From: Macrostomum lignano
Taxonomy: Eukaryota
DNA: 64,000 bases
NCBI GenBank assembly: GCA_002269645.1
Contig: NIVC01003079.1
Location: 23,410 to 87,409 of the forward strand
Direction of reading: 5' to 3'
A model generated the notes under the pieces. It had not been told where the DNA came from and did no database searches. It saw only the letters and a list, made by a program, of their open reading frames with translations. Made by a program: the position numbers and the translations under genes. This document shows, piece by piece, positions 21,601 to 35,145 of the stretch (positions are counted from its first letter, which is position 1; each line of letters opens with the position of its first letter).

Positions 21601-24600
21601 TCGGCTCGACAATCCAGCGAGAGACGCCGAGTAGCGACTCAGCGATGCCGCTCAGCGCAGGGCGCAGCTCCGTGAGTTGAAGCTTATTTGGCACGGTGGA
21701 GCCTTCAAGTTGGGGAATTTCCACTACTGATTGTCCATTTGCAGCGGCTAAGTGTTGGCGGTCGCCACTCATTAGCTCTTCTTCAGGAATGGTTTCTGCA
21801 TGCTGGGTGTCTTCATGCCGTTTGTCCTCAGTCTGGGTGTCTTCATGCCGTTTGTCCTCATTCTGGGTGTCTTCATGCCGTTTGTCCTCATGCCGTTTGT
21901 CCTCATTCTGGGTGTCTTCATGCCGTTTGTCCTCATGCTGTTTGTCCTCATGCTGTCTGTCCTCATGCTGTTTGTCCTCATGCCGTTTGTCCTCATTCTG
22001 GGTGTCTTCATGCCGTTTGTCCTCATTCTGGGTGTCTTCATGCCGTTTGTCCTCATTCTGGGTGTCTTCATGCCGTTTGTCCTCATTCTGGGTGTCTTCA
22101 TGCCGTTTGTCCTCATTCTGGGTGTCTTCATGCCGTTTGTCCTCAGTCTGGGTGTCTTCATGCCGTTTGTCCTCAGTCTGGGTGTCTTCATGCCATTTAT
22201 CCTCAGTCTGGGTGTCTTCATGCCGTTTGTCCTCATTCTGGGTGTCTTCATGCCGTTTGTCCTCAGTCTGGGTGTCTTCATGCCATTTATCCTCATGCTG
22301 GGTGTCTTCATGCCATTTATCCTCAGTCTGGGTGTCTTCATGCCGTTTGTCCTCATTCTGGGTGTCTTCATGCCGTTTGTCCTCAGTCTGGGTGTCTTCA
22401 TGCCGTTTATCCTCATTCTGGGTGTCTTCATGCCGTTTGTCCTCAGTCTGGGTGTCTTCATGCCGTTTGTCCTCATTCTGGGTGTCTTCATGCCATTTAT
22501 CCTCAGTCTGGGTGTCTTCATGCCGTTTGTCCTCATTCTGGGTGTCTTCATGCCGTTTGTCCTCATTCTGGGTGTCCTGATTCTGTTTATCCTCATGCTG
22601 TCTGTCCTCATGCTGTTTGTCCTCATGCTGTCTGTCCTCATGCTGTTTGTCCTCATGCTGTTTGTCCTCATGCTGTTTGTCCTCATGCTGTTTGTCCTCA
22701 TGCTGTCTGTCCTCATGCTGTTTGTCCTCATGCTGTTTGTCCTCATGCTGTTTGTCCTCATGCTGTTTGTCCTCATGCTGTTTGTCCTCATGCTGTTGGT
22801 CCTCATGCTGTTTGTCCTCATGCTGTTTGTCCTCATGCTGTTTGTCCTCATGCTGTTTGTCCTCATGCTGTTGGTCCTCATGCTGTTTGTCCTCATGCTG
22901 TTTGTCCTCATGCTGTTTGTCCTCATGCTGTTTGTCCTCATGCTGTTTGTCCTCATGCTGTTTGTCCTCATGCTGTTTGTCCTCATGCTGTTTGTCCTCA
23001 TGCTGTTTGTCCTCATGCTGTTTGTCCTCATGCTGTTTGTCCTCATGCTGTTTGTCCTCATGCTGTTTGTCCTCATGCTTTTTGTCTTCATACTGAGCCT
23101 CTCCATTCTGTGATTCAGTCAGCCGATCATTGGGGTTCAGCAGAGCGCCAGCATCTTGCAGGTGAGTCGGTTGTAAAACCGCAGCTTCAATCAACTTCTC
23201 ATCCGATTGGGAGTGGAAGGCTCTGACACCGACTTGAGTTAACTTGGGCGGCAACTTCGGCAGAGGCGGCCGCGGCGGGGCCTGCCGACGGTAGGCGCCA
23301 TCGCAGTCGGCTGACACCATCTTCGTCTGGGAGGTGCCAGCGCCGCGACTGCCGCTGCCGTTGCGTTTCGGGACAGCCCGGAGAACTCGCTTGACCAAGA
23401 CGACGTCGTCATCGTCTGGAGCGGCCGAGTCGGACACGAAGGCGAACGGGTCCGCGTCTGCAGCCTGTCTGACAGTCTGACAGCCAGCCTGACTACCATT
23501 GACCACTGGCGGCGGCTTTTTGCTGCTTTTAGCGACTGTTGAAAGCGATGTTGGAGCTTTGACTGCTCCTTTGCCGGCTCCAGTGCTTTTGTCTGCTGCT
23601 TCGCCATCCACTGACGTATTGGAAGACAGCAGACTGGTGGGCTGAGGAAGAAGAAAAAACCCATGGACAATGCCACAGCCAAAGCCAAGAGTTTCAAGCC
23701 TACCAGGCCAACTCACCAGCTTCAACACGTTGTCGAATAGCGACAAGAGGCCGCTGCCGTTGCCGCTGCCGGTCGCCTCTGGTGGTGGCCGCTGATCCGG
23801 CGGCAGCGGCGCCGTCGCCAGTCGAACAATCGGCGGCTTGGCACCCTCGCGCAGGACGAGAATCTCCGCCACGCCGGCGCCGTCCGCCAGCGCCTCCGTG
23901 GTCGTCACCGTCAGGATCCGGCCGAGCAGGTCGGTGGCGCCGGCCACGACTCCGTTGGCCGGGTCCAGCACGCACAGGCCCGCGTCCGGCCCCCAGACGA
24001 CGGCAAGAGAGGCCGGTTCAGTCTCCGTGGTCAGGGCGGCGACCTTCTCGAAGACTGCGGCGGCGGCTTCGTTGGCTCGGCTCGACTCCGACTTCGGCTG
24101 GCGACGACACCTGGCCGGGCTGATCAGCGGGATCGGCCGCGAGCGGAGGGCGTCGGCGCCGCCAAGGTGGAGTGTGTGCCGCACCCGGCCGCAGGCGTCT
24201 GCCAGCCACAGGCGGCGCCGGGGTCTCATGGCCAGCAGGTCCGGCTGCGCCACCGAGAGGGCCGGCGGCGGCAGGAAGCAGGCGCCAAGTCCAACGGTTT
24301 GGTGCGCCTGCAGGAGTTCAAAGGCGGAAGGAGGAGCGGCTTGAAGGCTGAGACATGCACACGCAGATGATAAACTGAGATATGGGAAGCTCATGGGTTA
24401 AGATGAGTAGATTTGGACTCAGATAAGTCGATTTCAATTCAAATGTGAGTAGTTTCGGACTCATAAATGAGTAGATTCGGACTCAGATGTGAATATATTT
24501 AGACTCAGATTTGAGTAGATTTGGACTCAGATATGAGTAGAGTTTGACTCAGATATGAGTAGATTTGGACTCAGATATGAGTAGAGTTTGACTCAGATAT

Positions 24601-26753
24601 GAGTAGATTCAAACTCAGATGAGTAGATTCGGATTCAGATACGAGTAGATTTTGACTCAGATATGAGTAGATTCGGACTCAGATATGAGTAGATTTTGAC
24701 TCAGATAAGAGTAGATTCGGACTCAGATGAGTAGATTGGACTCAGATGAGTATAGATTTGGACTCAGATATTCAAATATGAGTAGATTCGGACTCAGATA
24801 TGAGTAGATTCGGATTCAGATACGAGTAGATTTTGACTCAGATATGAGTAGATTCGGACTCAGATACGAGTAGATTTTGACTCAGATATGAGTAGATTCG
24901 GACTCAGATACGAGTAGATTTTGACTCAGATATGAGTAGATTCGGACTCAGATGAGTAGATTGGACTCAGATGAGTATAGATTTGAACTCAGATATTCAA
25001 ATATGAGTAGATTCGGACTCAGATATGAGTAGATTCGGATTCAGATACGAGTAGATTTTGACTCAGATATGAGTAGATTCGGACTCAGATACGAGTAGAT
25101 TTTGACTCAGATATGAGTAGATTCGGACTCAGATACGAGTAGATTTTGACTCAGATATGAGTAGATTCGGACTCAGATACGAGTAGATTTTGACTCAGAT
25201 ATGAGTAGATTCGGACTCAGATACGAGTAGATTTTGACTCAGATATGAGTAGATTCGGACTCAGATACAGTGTATGAGTAGCTTTGGACTCAGATATGAG
25301 TAGATTCGGACTCAGATACAGTGTATGAGTAGCTTTGGACTCAGATATGAGTAGATTCGGATTCAGATATGAGTAGATTCGGACTCAGATACAGTGTATG
25401 AGTAGCTTTGGACTCAGATATGAGTAGATTCGGACTCAGATATGAGTAGATTCGGACTCAGATACAGTGTATGAGTAGATTCGGACTCAGATATGAGTAG
25501 ATTCGGACTCAGATACAGTGTATGAGTAGCTTTGGACTCAGATATGAGTAGATTCGGACTCAGATATGAGTAGATTCGGACTCAGATACAGTGTATGAGT
25601 AGATTCGGACTCAGATATGAGTAGATTCGGACTCAGATACAGTGTATGAGTAGCTTTGGACTCAGATATGAGTAGATTCGGACTCAGATATGAGTAGATT
25701 CGGACTCAGATACAGTGTATGAGTAGATTCGGACTCAGATATGAGTAGATTCGGACTCAGATACAGTGTATGAGTAGCTTTGGACTCAGATATGAGTAGA
25801 TTCGGACTCAGATATGAGTAGATTCGGACTCAGATACAGTGTATGAGTAGATTCGGACTCAGATATGAGTAGATTCGGACTCAGATACAGTGTATGAGTA
25901 GCTTTGGATTCAGATATGAGTAGATTCGGATTCAGATATGAGTAGATTCGGACTCAGATATGAGTAGCTTTGGACTCAGATATGAGTAGGCGCTAGCATG
26001 CGTTACGGGTATACTGCATGTAGATATACTCACTGCTCGCTGCCGGGAGCCCACAAGCCAGACGCAGGCGGCGTCCTCAGTGTAGACTGCGGCGCCGAGG
26101 CGGGTGGCCACGAGCAGGCGGCCCCGCCGGTGGTCCAGCTGGACCACGGGGCTCAGCTCCTCCAGGAACACCGCGCTGAGGCACTCGCAGCCGCCAACTT
26201 CGCCGTCAAATTGCAGCACAGTCCGAGACACGGTGCCGCCGGCGTCGCCAAAGTAGACGCTGCCGCAGTCGTCGGCAACAACAGCGGCCGTGACGGCGGC
26301 GCGGTGACCTGCAGCGGCGGCAGCTGCGGCGCCTGCAGCTTCGGGCTGCTGCTGTTGCTGCTGCTGCGGCTCAAGCCAAAAGGCCAGACGACGACAAGCG
26401 CCGTCGCAGCCGGCGCCGCAGCTGTCGCAGAGGCCGGCGGCGGCGGCCGCGCCAACTGGCGACGACGACTCCGTCAGGATGACGGCGCTGGCGTCATCAA
26501 AGCCAGCCGCCATGACGGTTGCCCGCATCGCGGCGGCGCTGCATCGGGACGGCGCAGACGCCACCGGTGTCGCCTTGGCGTCGACATCGCGCCGGTCGAT
26601 GAGGAACGCGACGCCGGCTTCGGTGCCGAGGAGGAGGCGGTCGCCGGTGGCCGCCATCGCGGTGAGCCGAAAGTGGCCGGGCAGCCGGCGGAGCAGGTGG
26701 CCCAGCGAGTCGGTCTCCCGGTAGGCCGACGCCTGCGGACGCTGCGGCTGCAT
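18617..26753 (-). CDS. TECPR2: Tectonin beta-propeller repeat-containing protein 2 (N-terminal WD40, long acidic repeat linker, TECPR repeats, C-terminal LIR)
   Basis: Exons 26753-26034, 24307-20428 (probable 75-nt intron at 23716-23642), 19758-19106, 18733-18617, all phase-consistent (~1760 aa). N-terminus matches TECPR2/HPS5-type WD40 (LTAMAATGDRLLLGT, YFGDAGG, EELSPVVQLD, GACFLP..RPRRRLWLAD). TECPR-like repeats (VWVLRSSGLLYGRLG|LCSANPLGEG) and terminal acidic ..DGDWQLV* favour TECPR2 over HPS5. Confidence 0.88.
19836..20111. mobile_element. hAT-type MITE with GA-rich core in TECPR2 intron
   Basis: Ends TTGGGGTCGACAAAC / GTTCGCCGACCCCTG; related copy in opposite orientation at 27119-27898. 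Confidence 0.7.
21800..23095 (-). repeat. Coding minisatellite (15-nt EDKQH and 30-nt EDTQNEDKRH units) within the TECPR2 ORF
   Basis: Tandem GAGGACAAACAGCAT and GAAGACACCCAGAATGAGGACAAACGGCAT units in frame with the flanking ORF. Confidence 0.92.
24395..25985. repeat. 22-bp satellite filling TECPR2 intron 1
   Basis: GACTCAGATATGAGTAGATTCG units with higher-order variants containing ATACAGTGT. Confidence 0.96.
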
Positions 26754-27118
26754 GACGGGCTGAAAACGGCTGACAAAGCCGGCCTTTAAAAGTTTGTACA
26801 TGCACTATTTATTGGCGAACGTAGCTAGCAGCTAATTGATCGGAAACATCAATTACTTATTGCATGTAAGCGAGATTGTATATGTGCATGTTAGAATACA
26901 CATGAGCAGTACATCTTTCGTTTGAATCAATGCGTTTCTACATTAGCCAGGGGGTGATCAATCAGACATGGTTCAGGATAAGGAACATTGGGACACGACA
27001 CCATCAGAAGGTTTAACAAATACTTATACACAAACAAATACACTGATACTCGGTGCCGCGAATTCCTTTAATCAGTTCTTTAGTTCATCTGCCCTCCGTC
27101 CTCTCCCTCTGTCTAGTT

Positions 27119-27898
27119 CAGGGATCGGCGAACTCCGGCTCCGGTGTATCCGGCCCTCGGGGCCCTTTCAAACTTCACAATAGCAATCCGGCCCGCTCAA
27201 TGTGTGTCGCCTCTCAGCTCTCTTTTCTCCTCTCTCATCTCTTCCCACATCTCCACTCTCCTCTCTTTTCTCTCCCACTCTCCTCTCTCCCTCCTCTCCA
27301 CTTTCTTCTCTCATCTCCACTCTCTCCTCTATCATCGCCCCTCTTCTCTCTTCCCCTTCTCTCCATCTCCTCTCTCTCCCTCATGTTCACTCTCCTTTCT
27401 CCTCTTATCACCACTCTTCTGTCTTTCCCCCTCTCCCCCCATCTTCACTCTCCTCTCTTCCCTCATCTCCACTCTCCTCTCTGCCCTTATCTCCACTCTC
27501 CTCTCTTCCCTCATCTCCACTCTCCTCTCTGCCCTTATCTCCACTCTCCTCTCTTCCCTCATCTCCACTCTCCTCTCTGCCCTTATCTCCACTCTCCTCT
27601 CTTCCCTCATCTCCACTCTCCTCTCTGCCCTTATCTCCACTCTCCTCTCTTCCCTCATCTCCACTCTCTCCTCTTTCCTTTCTTCCCTCATCTCCACTCT
27701 CTCCTCTCTCATCGCCCCTCTCGTCTCTCTTCCCCTTCCTCTCTCCCCTTAGGTCCACTCTCCTCTCATTGCTAATCTTTTCTCTCCTCTCCCCTCTCCT
27801 AGCTCTCATCTGTCCTCTCTCCATTCTCTGGCCCGCAGTCGCTAGATTCTATGCTTTATCTAGCCCTCAAGTTAAAAAAATTCTCGCCGATTTCTTGC
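27119..27898. mobile_element. hAT-type MITE (same family as 19836-20111) expanded by a 24-bp CT-rich tandem repeat
   Basis: Left end CAGGGATCGGCGAACTCCGG matches the reverse complement of 20040-20111; internal CTCCACTCTCCTCTCTTCCCTCAT units. Confidence 0.65.
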
Positions 27899-29670
27899 AA
27901 TCTAGTTCAATCTAGTTTGTCTTATCTCTCTCTCTCGCTGCCTTCTGATTGGCTCTTCAAGCTTGCCTCAGTCGCCTACTCCACCCCTCCTTTCCAAGTG
28001 CAAAATCATGGTCAGCTATAAAAAAGCACGATTGTCTCGCAGGAATTTGTCTATGGTAAAATCCAAATTACAGTTTGAGCGGATTGCGCTAAATCAAATA
28101 CCAGTAATTTGTAACTAAATTGAAAGCACACTAAAATAAAAACCAAACATTCGCATTGATCATTTTTCAGCATTTAAAGATGTCTCTCTCCTTTCAAATC
28201 TTTGCAGTTGAAAGACCGAATAGTAAGTTAGTCAGTGCCTTTAAATTTCACACACCTGCACACACACGGTTCTGATAGTTCTACTAAATCAGAAAATCAG
28301 GATGTAAATCAAATATCAATCAATCAATCAATCAATCAATCAATGATTTCCAAATCGAATTACTCGCGAGAAAGCATCAATAGATTTAATAGATTAAGTA
28401 GACATAGAAAAACCAACTGCCCGGCGCTGTTAAAAGCACACCAATTCTCATTCTCCATCTGGCAGTGTATATTTTGCTGTAGATTTGGCTTGCATACTGC
28501 AAGTAGTATATCGATATTGGAGTAGACAAAAACACAGTTTCGCTTGTCTCTATTTTATATGCTATAATAAAGAGATAGACAGATTAAGGACAGACAGACA
28601 GAGAGGAAAAATGCGTGCCCAAAGTCAACGCGCAGCCAATATACTCGTAGGTATATATAAGTGGAATTGTTGTTTAACAGTTTGCTTGTAAAAAAATTAA
28701 GGAAAGAAATAATGAAGATATTATGTAGGCTATATAATATGTATAAATCAGTGTACAGTCTGTTGGATAGGTTATGGCTTTAGCGCAGATCGCACAAAAT
28801 GTATAGAATGTAAGCCACGTTATGATAGAATAATATTTTTAATAACACGAGTAAGATTGTGAGAAGAATTAGTTACTGTATTATTTCAATTATTAGTTAT
28901 TTAGTAAATTATATAAAAAAGGAAGAAGCAGGACAAGACAAAAGCAGGATTGTCCGTGATAAATAAATAATTAACAATAGTAACAATAATCATAATTAAT
29001 AATAATAATAATAACAACAATTCAATATAAATACAATAAAACATTCAGCTGTAGGCTATTAATAGACATTGATGATGACGCAACAGATATAAATAGAAAA
29101 AACTTGCTGGATTTTTAACTAATTATGAATATAATCTTGTGCCAGAGTCGATAGCACCCGGAGGGTCTCCTGTTCTGAGTGCACTTTATATCAATGCACA
29201 CGATATTATTATTTAGTATGTACTAGTATGTTCTCTTTCAGTTAAAGAATGGTCAAAATTGTATAGAATTATTTTTTCAATTGTAAAATATACTGAAACA
29301 AAGGAAACAAAAGCACAAAACAGAAAAGGGAACAAGAAAAAATGACAAACACAACAAAAACAGGAATGAGACCATTGATTTACATATTCTTGTAGAAACA
29401 CAGTTTTGCTTTTTTACACTAAATAACTCATGAAACGCCCCAATAATGAGATTAATTGTATTTTAAGAAGCCCCATTACAGCTCTGCGCTTTACAAAAAC
29501 TTTTTTTAGTTTTTTTTATTCCTGCCCAAAAGCATAATAGGACAACAATGTCCAATCTAAACTACTTACAAAAGCTTTAAGTAGCAGGAAAAGACATTAT
29601 TTATTTTAGCGTCTTTAAACCTAGCTTCTCCAACAATTTAAGGCCTTAAAAAATGAACACACAGATTAGG

Positions 29671-32600
29671 TCAGATATCCACAACCATCTTCTTGTGGAT
29701 CTCCAGGCCGCTCACAACTTCGCAAAACTCTTCGAACGAGATTCGGCCGTCTCCGTCCTTGTCAGCGAAGATGATAGTTTTGTCAACTATCTGCTGCAAC
29801 TGAGCGTCCTTCAGGTTGTTTCCCACCATCATCTTCAGCACCTGCCAGATAGCGGTTTGCATGAGGAGTTCTGCTTTAGAGTTGTCAGGTGACATCAGCT
29901 TCATCATTAGAGTGGAAACAATAGCGATTTTTAACCCCCATTGTGATTCTAAAACCATCACAGTGATTCCTGACGCTCATTGTGAATCTAAAACCATCAC
30001 AGTGATTCCTGACGCTCATTGTGAATCTAAAAACCATCACAGTGATTCGCAACCCTCATTGTGAACCTAAAACCATCAGTGATTCCCGACGCTCATTGTG
30101 AATCTAAAACCATCACAGTGATTCCCGACCCTTATTGTGATTCTAAAAACCATCACAGTGATTCCCGACGCTCATTGTGAATCTAAAAACCATCACAGTG
30201 ATTCCCGACGCTCATTGTGAATCTAAAACCATCACAGTGATTCCCGACGCTCATTGTGAATCTAAAACCATCACAGTGATTCCCGACCCTTATTGTGATT
30301 CTAAAACCATCACAGTGATTCCCGACCCTTATTGTGATTCTAAAACAATCACAGTGATTCCCGACGCTCATTGTGAATCTAAAAACCATCACAGTGATTC
30401 CCGACGCTCATTGTGATTCTAAAACCATCACAGTGATTCTCAACCCTCATCGTGAACCCAAAAGCCTCACCGTGAAGAGCTCCCCATTGCTAATGTAGCC
30501 ATCATTGTCGATATCGTAGATCTTGAAAGCGAAACGCAACTTGGCCTCTTTATTGCCGCGCACGGAGAACTGCGACACGCCGTCAATGAACTCTTTGAAG
30601 TCAACCTGTGAAATTCGGGTAGTAACTGCTAGATCAGAGTAGGTCAGACTGTATACAACAGGCAAAATAGGACTTTCTGTGGTGATCCTACAAAACAGCT
30701 AAGATTTTCTTACAACAGCTAGCAGTTAAATAGCAAGAAATTTAACAAGTCTAGAAATCTCATTTCCTAGAAGACTTCTTTAGCAGCAGTTTACACAAAA
30801 CTAGTAATTTTGCAAATAGCTGTTTACACGCTTTGAAGTACGAGTATCTAGTTTGTGAAGTGTCTAGTTTGTGAAGTGTCTAGTTTGTGAAGTGTCTAGT
30901 TTTTGAGGCATCTAGTTTGTAAAGTGTCTAGTTTGTAAAGTGTCTAGTTTGTGAAGTGTCTAGTTTGTGAAGTGTCTAGTTTGTGAAGTGTCTAGTTTTT
31001 GAGGTATCTAGTTTGTAAAGTGTCTAGTTTGTAAAGTGTCTAGTTTGTGAAGTGTCTAGTTTGTGAAGTGTCTAGTTTGTGAAGTGTCTAGTTTTTGAGG
31101 TATCTAGTTTGTAAAGTGTCTAGTTTGTAAAGTGTCTAGTTTTTGAGGTATCTAGTTTGTAAAGTGTCTAGCTTGTGAAGTATCTAGTTTGTGAGGTATC
31201 TAGTTTGTGAGGTATCTAGTTTGTGAGGTATCTAGTTTGTGAAGTATCTAGTTTGTGAGTGAAGTATATAGTCTGTGAGGTATCTAGTTTGTGGAGTATC
31301 TAGTTTGTGAAGTATCTAGTTTGTAAAGTGTCTAGTTTGTGAAGTATCTAGTTTGTTAAGTGTCTAGCTTGTGAAGTGTCTAGTTTGTGAAGTGTCTAGT
31401 TTGTGAAGTGTCTAGTTTGTGAAGTGTCTAGTTTTTGAGGTATATAGTTTGTAAAGTGTCTAGTTTGTAAAGTGTCTAGTTTTTGAGGTATCTAGTTTGT
31501 AAAGTGTCTAGCTTGTGAAGTATCTAGTTTGTGAGGTATCTAGTTTGTGAGGTATCTAGTTTGTGAAGTATCTAGTTTGTGAGTGAAGTATCTAGTCTGT
31601 GAGGTATCTAGTTTGTGGAGTATCTAGTTTGTGAAGTATCTAGTTTGTAAAGTGTCTAGTTTGTGAAGTATCTAGTTTGTTAAGTGTCTAGCTTGTGAAG
31701 TGTCTAGTTTGTAAAGTGTCTAGTTTGTAAAGTGTCTAGTTTGTAAAGTGTCTAGCTTGTGAAGTATCTAGCTTGTAAAGTGTCTAGCTTGTGAAGTATC
31801 TAGTTTGTAAAGTGTCTAGCTTGTGAAGTGTCTAGTTTGTAAAGTGTCTAGCTTGTGAAGTATCTAGTTTGTGAAGTATCTAGTTTGTGAGGTATCTAGT
31901 TTGTGAGGTATCTAGCTTGTGAAGTATCTAGTTTGTAAAGTGTCTAGCTTGTGAAGTATCTAGTTTGTAAAGTGTCTAGCTTGTGAAGTATCTAGCTTGT
32001 GAAGTATCTAGCTTGTAAAGTGTCTAGCTTGTGAAGTATCTAGTTTGTAAAGTGTCTAGCTTGTGAAGTGTCTAGTTTGTAAAGTGTCTAGCTTGTAAAG
32101 TGTCTAGTTTGTAAAGTGTCTAGCTTGTGAAGTATCTAGTTTGTGAGGTATCTAGTTTGTGAGGTATCTAGTTTGTGAGGTATCTAGTTTGTGAAGTATC
32201 TAGTTTGTGAGGTATCTAGTTTGTAAAGTGTCTAGCTTGTGAAGTATCTAGTTTGTAAAGTGTCTAGCTTGTGAAGTATCTAGTTTGTAAAGTGTCTAGC
32301 TTGTGAAGTATCTAGTTTGTAAAGTGTCTAGCTTGTGAAGTATCTAGTTTGTAAAGTGTCTAGCTTGTGAAGTATCTAGTTTGTAAAGTGTCTAGCTTGT
32401 GAAGTATTTAGTTTGTAAAGTGTCTAGCTTGTGAAGTGTCTAGCTTGTGAAGTATCTAGTTTGTGAGGTATCTAGTTTGTGAGGTATCTAGTTTGTGAGG
32501 TATCTAGTTTGTGAAGTATCTAGTTTGTGAGGTATCTAGTTTGTAAAGTGTCTAGCTTGTGAAGTATTTAGTTTGTAAAGTGTCTAGCTTGTGAAGTATC

Positions 32601-33325
32601 TAGTTTGTAAAGTGTCTAGCTTGTGAAGTATTTAGTTTGTAAAGTGTCTAGTTTGTAAAGTGTCTAGCTTGTGAAGTATCTAGTTTGTGAGGTATCTAGT
32701 TTGTGAGGTATCTAGTTTGTGAGGTATCTAGTTTGTGAAGTATCTAGTTTGTGAGGTATCTAGTTTGTAAAGTGTCTAGCTTGTGAAGTATTTAGTTTGT
32801 AAAGTGTCTAGCTTGTGAAGTATCTAGTTTGTAAAGTGTCTAGCTTGTGAAGTATCTAGTTTGTAAAGTGTCTAGCTTGTGAAGTATCTAGTTTGTAAAG
32901 TGTCTAGCTTGTGAAGTATCCAGTTTGTGAAGCTGTGTGCACGTTTTCTAATTTTAGTGTAACGATGAAAGCGCTTAAATAACTTGATAGATTTTGTTAC
33001 TAAATGTGTGTGGAGGATAGAATGAAAATTTTGCCTGTCATCCAAATTTGATATGCCTTAATGAAGTTAATTATTCAACAGTAGTATATAGCAATAGTAT
33101 ATGCCGCAAATAGCCATAGCGCACCTCTCCATTGTGATCGGTGTCAAATATTTCAATGACTCGTTGCACCAGCGGGTTCTGCTGCAGCTCCGGCAGGGAC
33201 ATGAACTCGTCAACTGACAGGCTGCCGGAGCCATCCAAGTCCAGCTTCTTGAATCGCTTGCCGAGGCGCTTCAGCTCCTCAACATCGAATGTTGTGCACA
33301 TGTCCACAGGCAGTGTGTTGCCCAT
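29671..33325 (-). CDS. PPP3R1: Calcineurin regulatory subunit B
   Basis: Exons 33325-33125, 30605-30471, 29841-29671 (all phase 0) give 168 aa with N-terminal MG, four EF-hands ([36 protein letters not shown]) and [14 protein letters not shown]. Confidence 0.97.
29930..30445. repeat. ~38-bp minisatellite in calcineurin B intron 2
   Basis: CTAAAACCATCACAGTGATTCCCGACGCTCATTGTGAAT units. Confidence 0.95.
30845..32930. repeat. 16-bp satellite in calcineurin B intron 1
   Basis: TAGTTTGTGAAGTGTC-type units over ~2.1 kb. Confidence 0.97.
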
Positions 33326-34900
33326 TGCTGCTGTGTTGCACTGATTTTAGACCTATTGCTATTTAATACTTATTTTGCAATGCAGGCAAAAGCAAAGGTC
33401 TGGCAACATGCAATTTAATGCATGACTATTACTGGTTTTGGTTCCAAGAGAAGAGGTAGATGTTTAGAATATACACTTACAGCTTATCATCAAAGAATAA
33501 TTTCAAATGTTATATAGAAAATGTTCCAGTCTACTGGTAAGTAAACTTCAAATAGTCATTCTACAAATTAGGCCTAAGAAATTCAATATAACCCATAAAT
33601 CTTATACACTATAACATGCAAATGCAACCTCTAAAATTGCAAACAATCACAAACATAGCTTAGGGGCATAGGCAATTGAGAATAGGGTTAGGGTAAAGGC
33701 TGATATGGGAGGTAAATATGCTTGGTCCTCTATAAATCCAAAGAGACAGGGGATGCTAACCCCCATTGGTCTTATCTCCAGATATTTCTCATTATACTAC
33801 TACTAATATAGTTTAAATCTGTCTTTTGATAGTACTAATAGAATAATTAAGTTGTCCCAAGATGATTCTTGGTTGAAAGATTATTTTATTGCTATAAAAA
33901 GCTATCATTTATCACTAATATTAAAATGATGACCAATTTTAATGATTTCAATTTGGTGCCAACAATATAAGAAAATACTAGCATATAAAAATTATGAAAC
34001 AATCTAAGAGTATATGCCAGTACATTGAGAAATGCAAAAATATACTGATTTATAATGAAATCCTTTTGAAAGTAAATTGATAAAAATAAAATTATAATGA
34101 TAATAAATTTAATTTATACTTGCATGGATCTTGCTAAAATCCTAGAAAATTGCTAGCCCAATAGAATAAAATATTTTCTTAAATTGTATTAACCCAAATA
34201 TTATGTTTAAGCTTATTTTATAAGCCAAAATTAATCCAACATTAGAAAAATGATAATATAAGATACATTAAAAGCTTAAGCATAAATTGGGTTAACAACT
34301 AGTAGATTAATTAAAGTTGATATAAAATTTGACTAATGTTTCTATTGGGATATGTTAGCTTTAACTTTTTATTAACTATTTCTTGTTTTGGCATATATTT
34401 TGAATGACATTTATTATGGTTTAAGGTTATTTATACTCCATAGTATCAGGCATTACAAAATTCAAGCATATTTTGTCCCTTATTGAGAATCTTAACATTT
34501 AGATTTTTTTTAACCAAGTTTAAAAGTCGGAAGTTGCCAAGTTCACTAAAATTGGTTTAGGTTTGGCATATAAAATAAAAAGCAAGTTAATTTTAATCAA
34601 AGATTTTTTTAAATTTAAACAAAAACAAAAATGAAATAAAAAAGTAGGCTTTTGCAATTTAAAAAGAAAATAAAAGTAAAACAAAGAATAAAAATTATAG
34701 AAAAATGCTTCTGTAGTTCAAAAAATCTTTTTTTAAAGAATATATAGAAAAAGTTAAAATAAAAGCAACTTTAGTTTTTGCATAATAAACTTTCCTTTAA
34801 ATTTTTAATTTATTATTTGTCTTTTTGTAGCCAAGCCAATGGCCATTATCACAAATGGTGACAATGTCTAATATAGATTTGCACCTAGTGCTAGTATACC

Positions 34901-35145
34901 TTTTCATATTCAATTTTGATCAAAGTCCAGTTTTAAAAGAACTAGTGGAAATTCAATTTAGACAATGCAAACTAGAGACAATTTTGTCTATGGCTAAACC
35001 TTGCTTCGATGGCAGAATGTTTTGAACTGGGGTTTGTTTTTATTGATTTTCAATAAGTGTTGCCCTAGGCCCAGTCTAAGTTGTCTAAATTGAATTTCTG
35101 CTAGTTTTTTAAGAACTGGACTTTGATCAAAATTGAATGTGAAAA
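34901..35145. mobile_element. MITE-like inverted repeat
   Basis: ~65-bp arms TTTTCATATTCAATTTTGATCAAAGTCCAGTT...AATTTAGACAA and its reverse complement; no clear TSD. Confidence 0.6.

Noticed and set aside
20305-23226. Long alternative-frame and antisense ORFs over TECPR2
   Set aside because: Shadows of GC-rich coding sequence and the stop-poor coding repeat.
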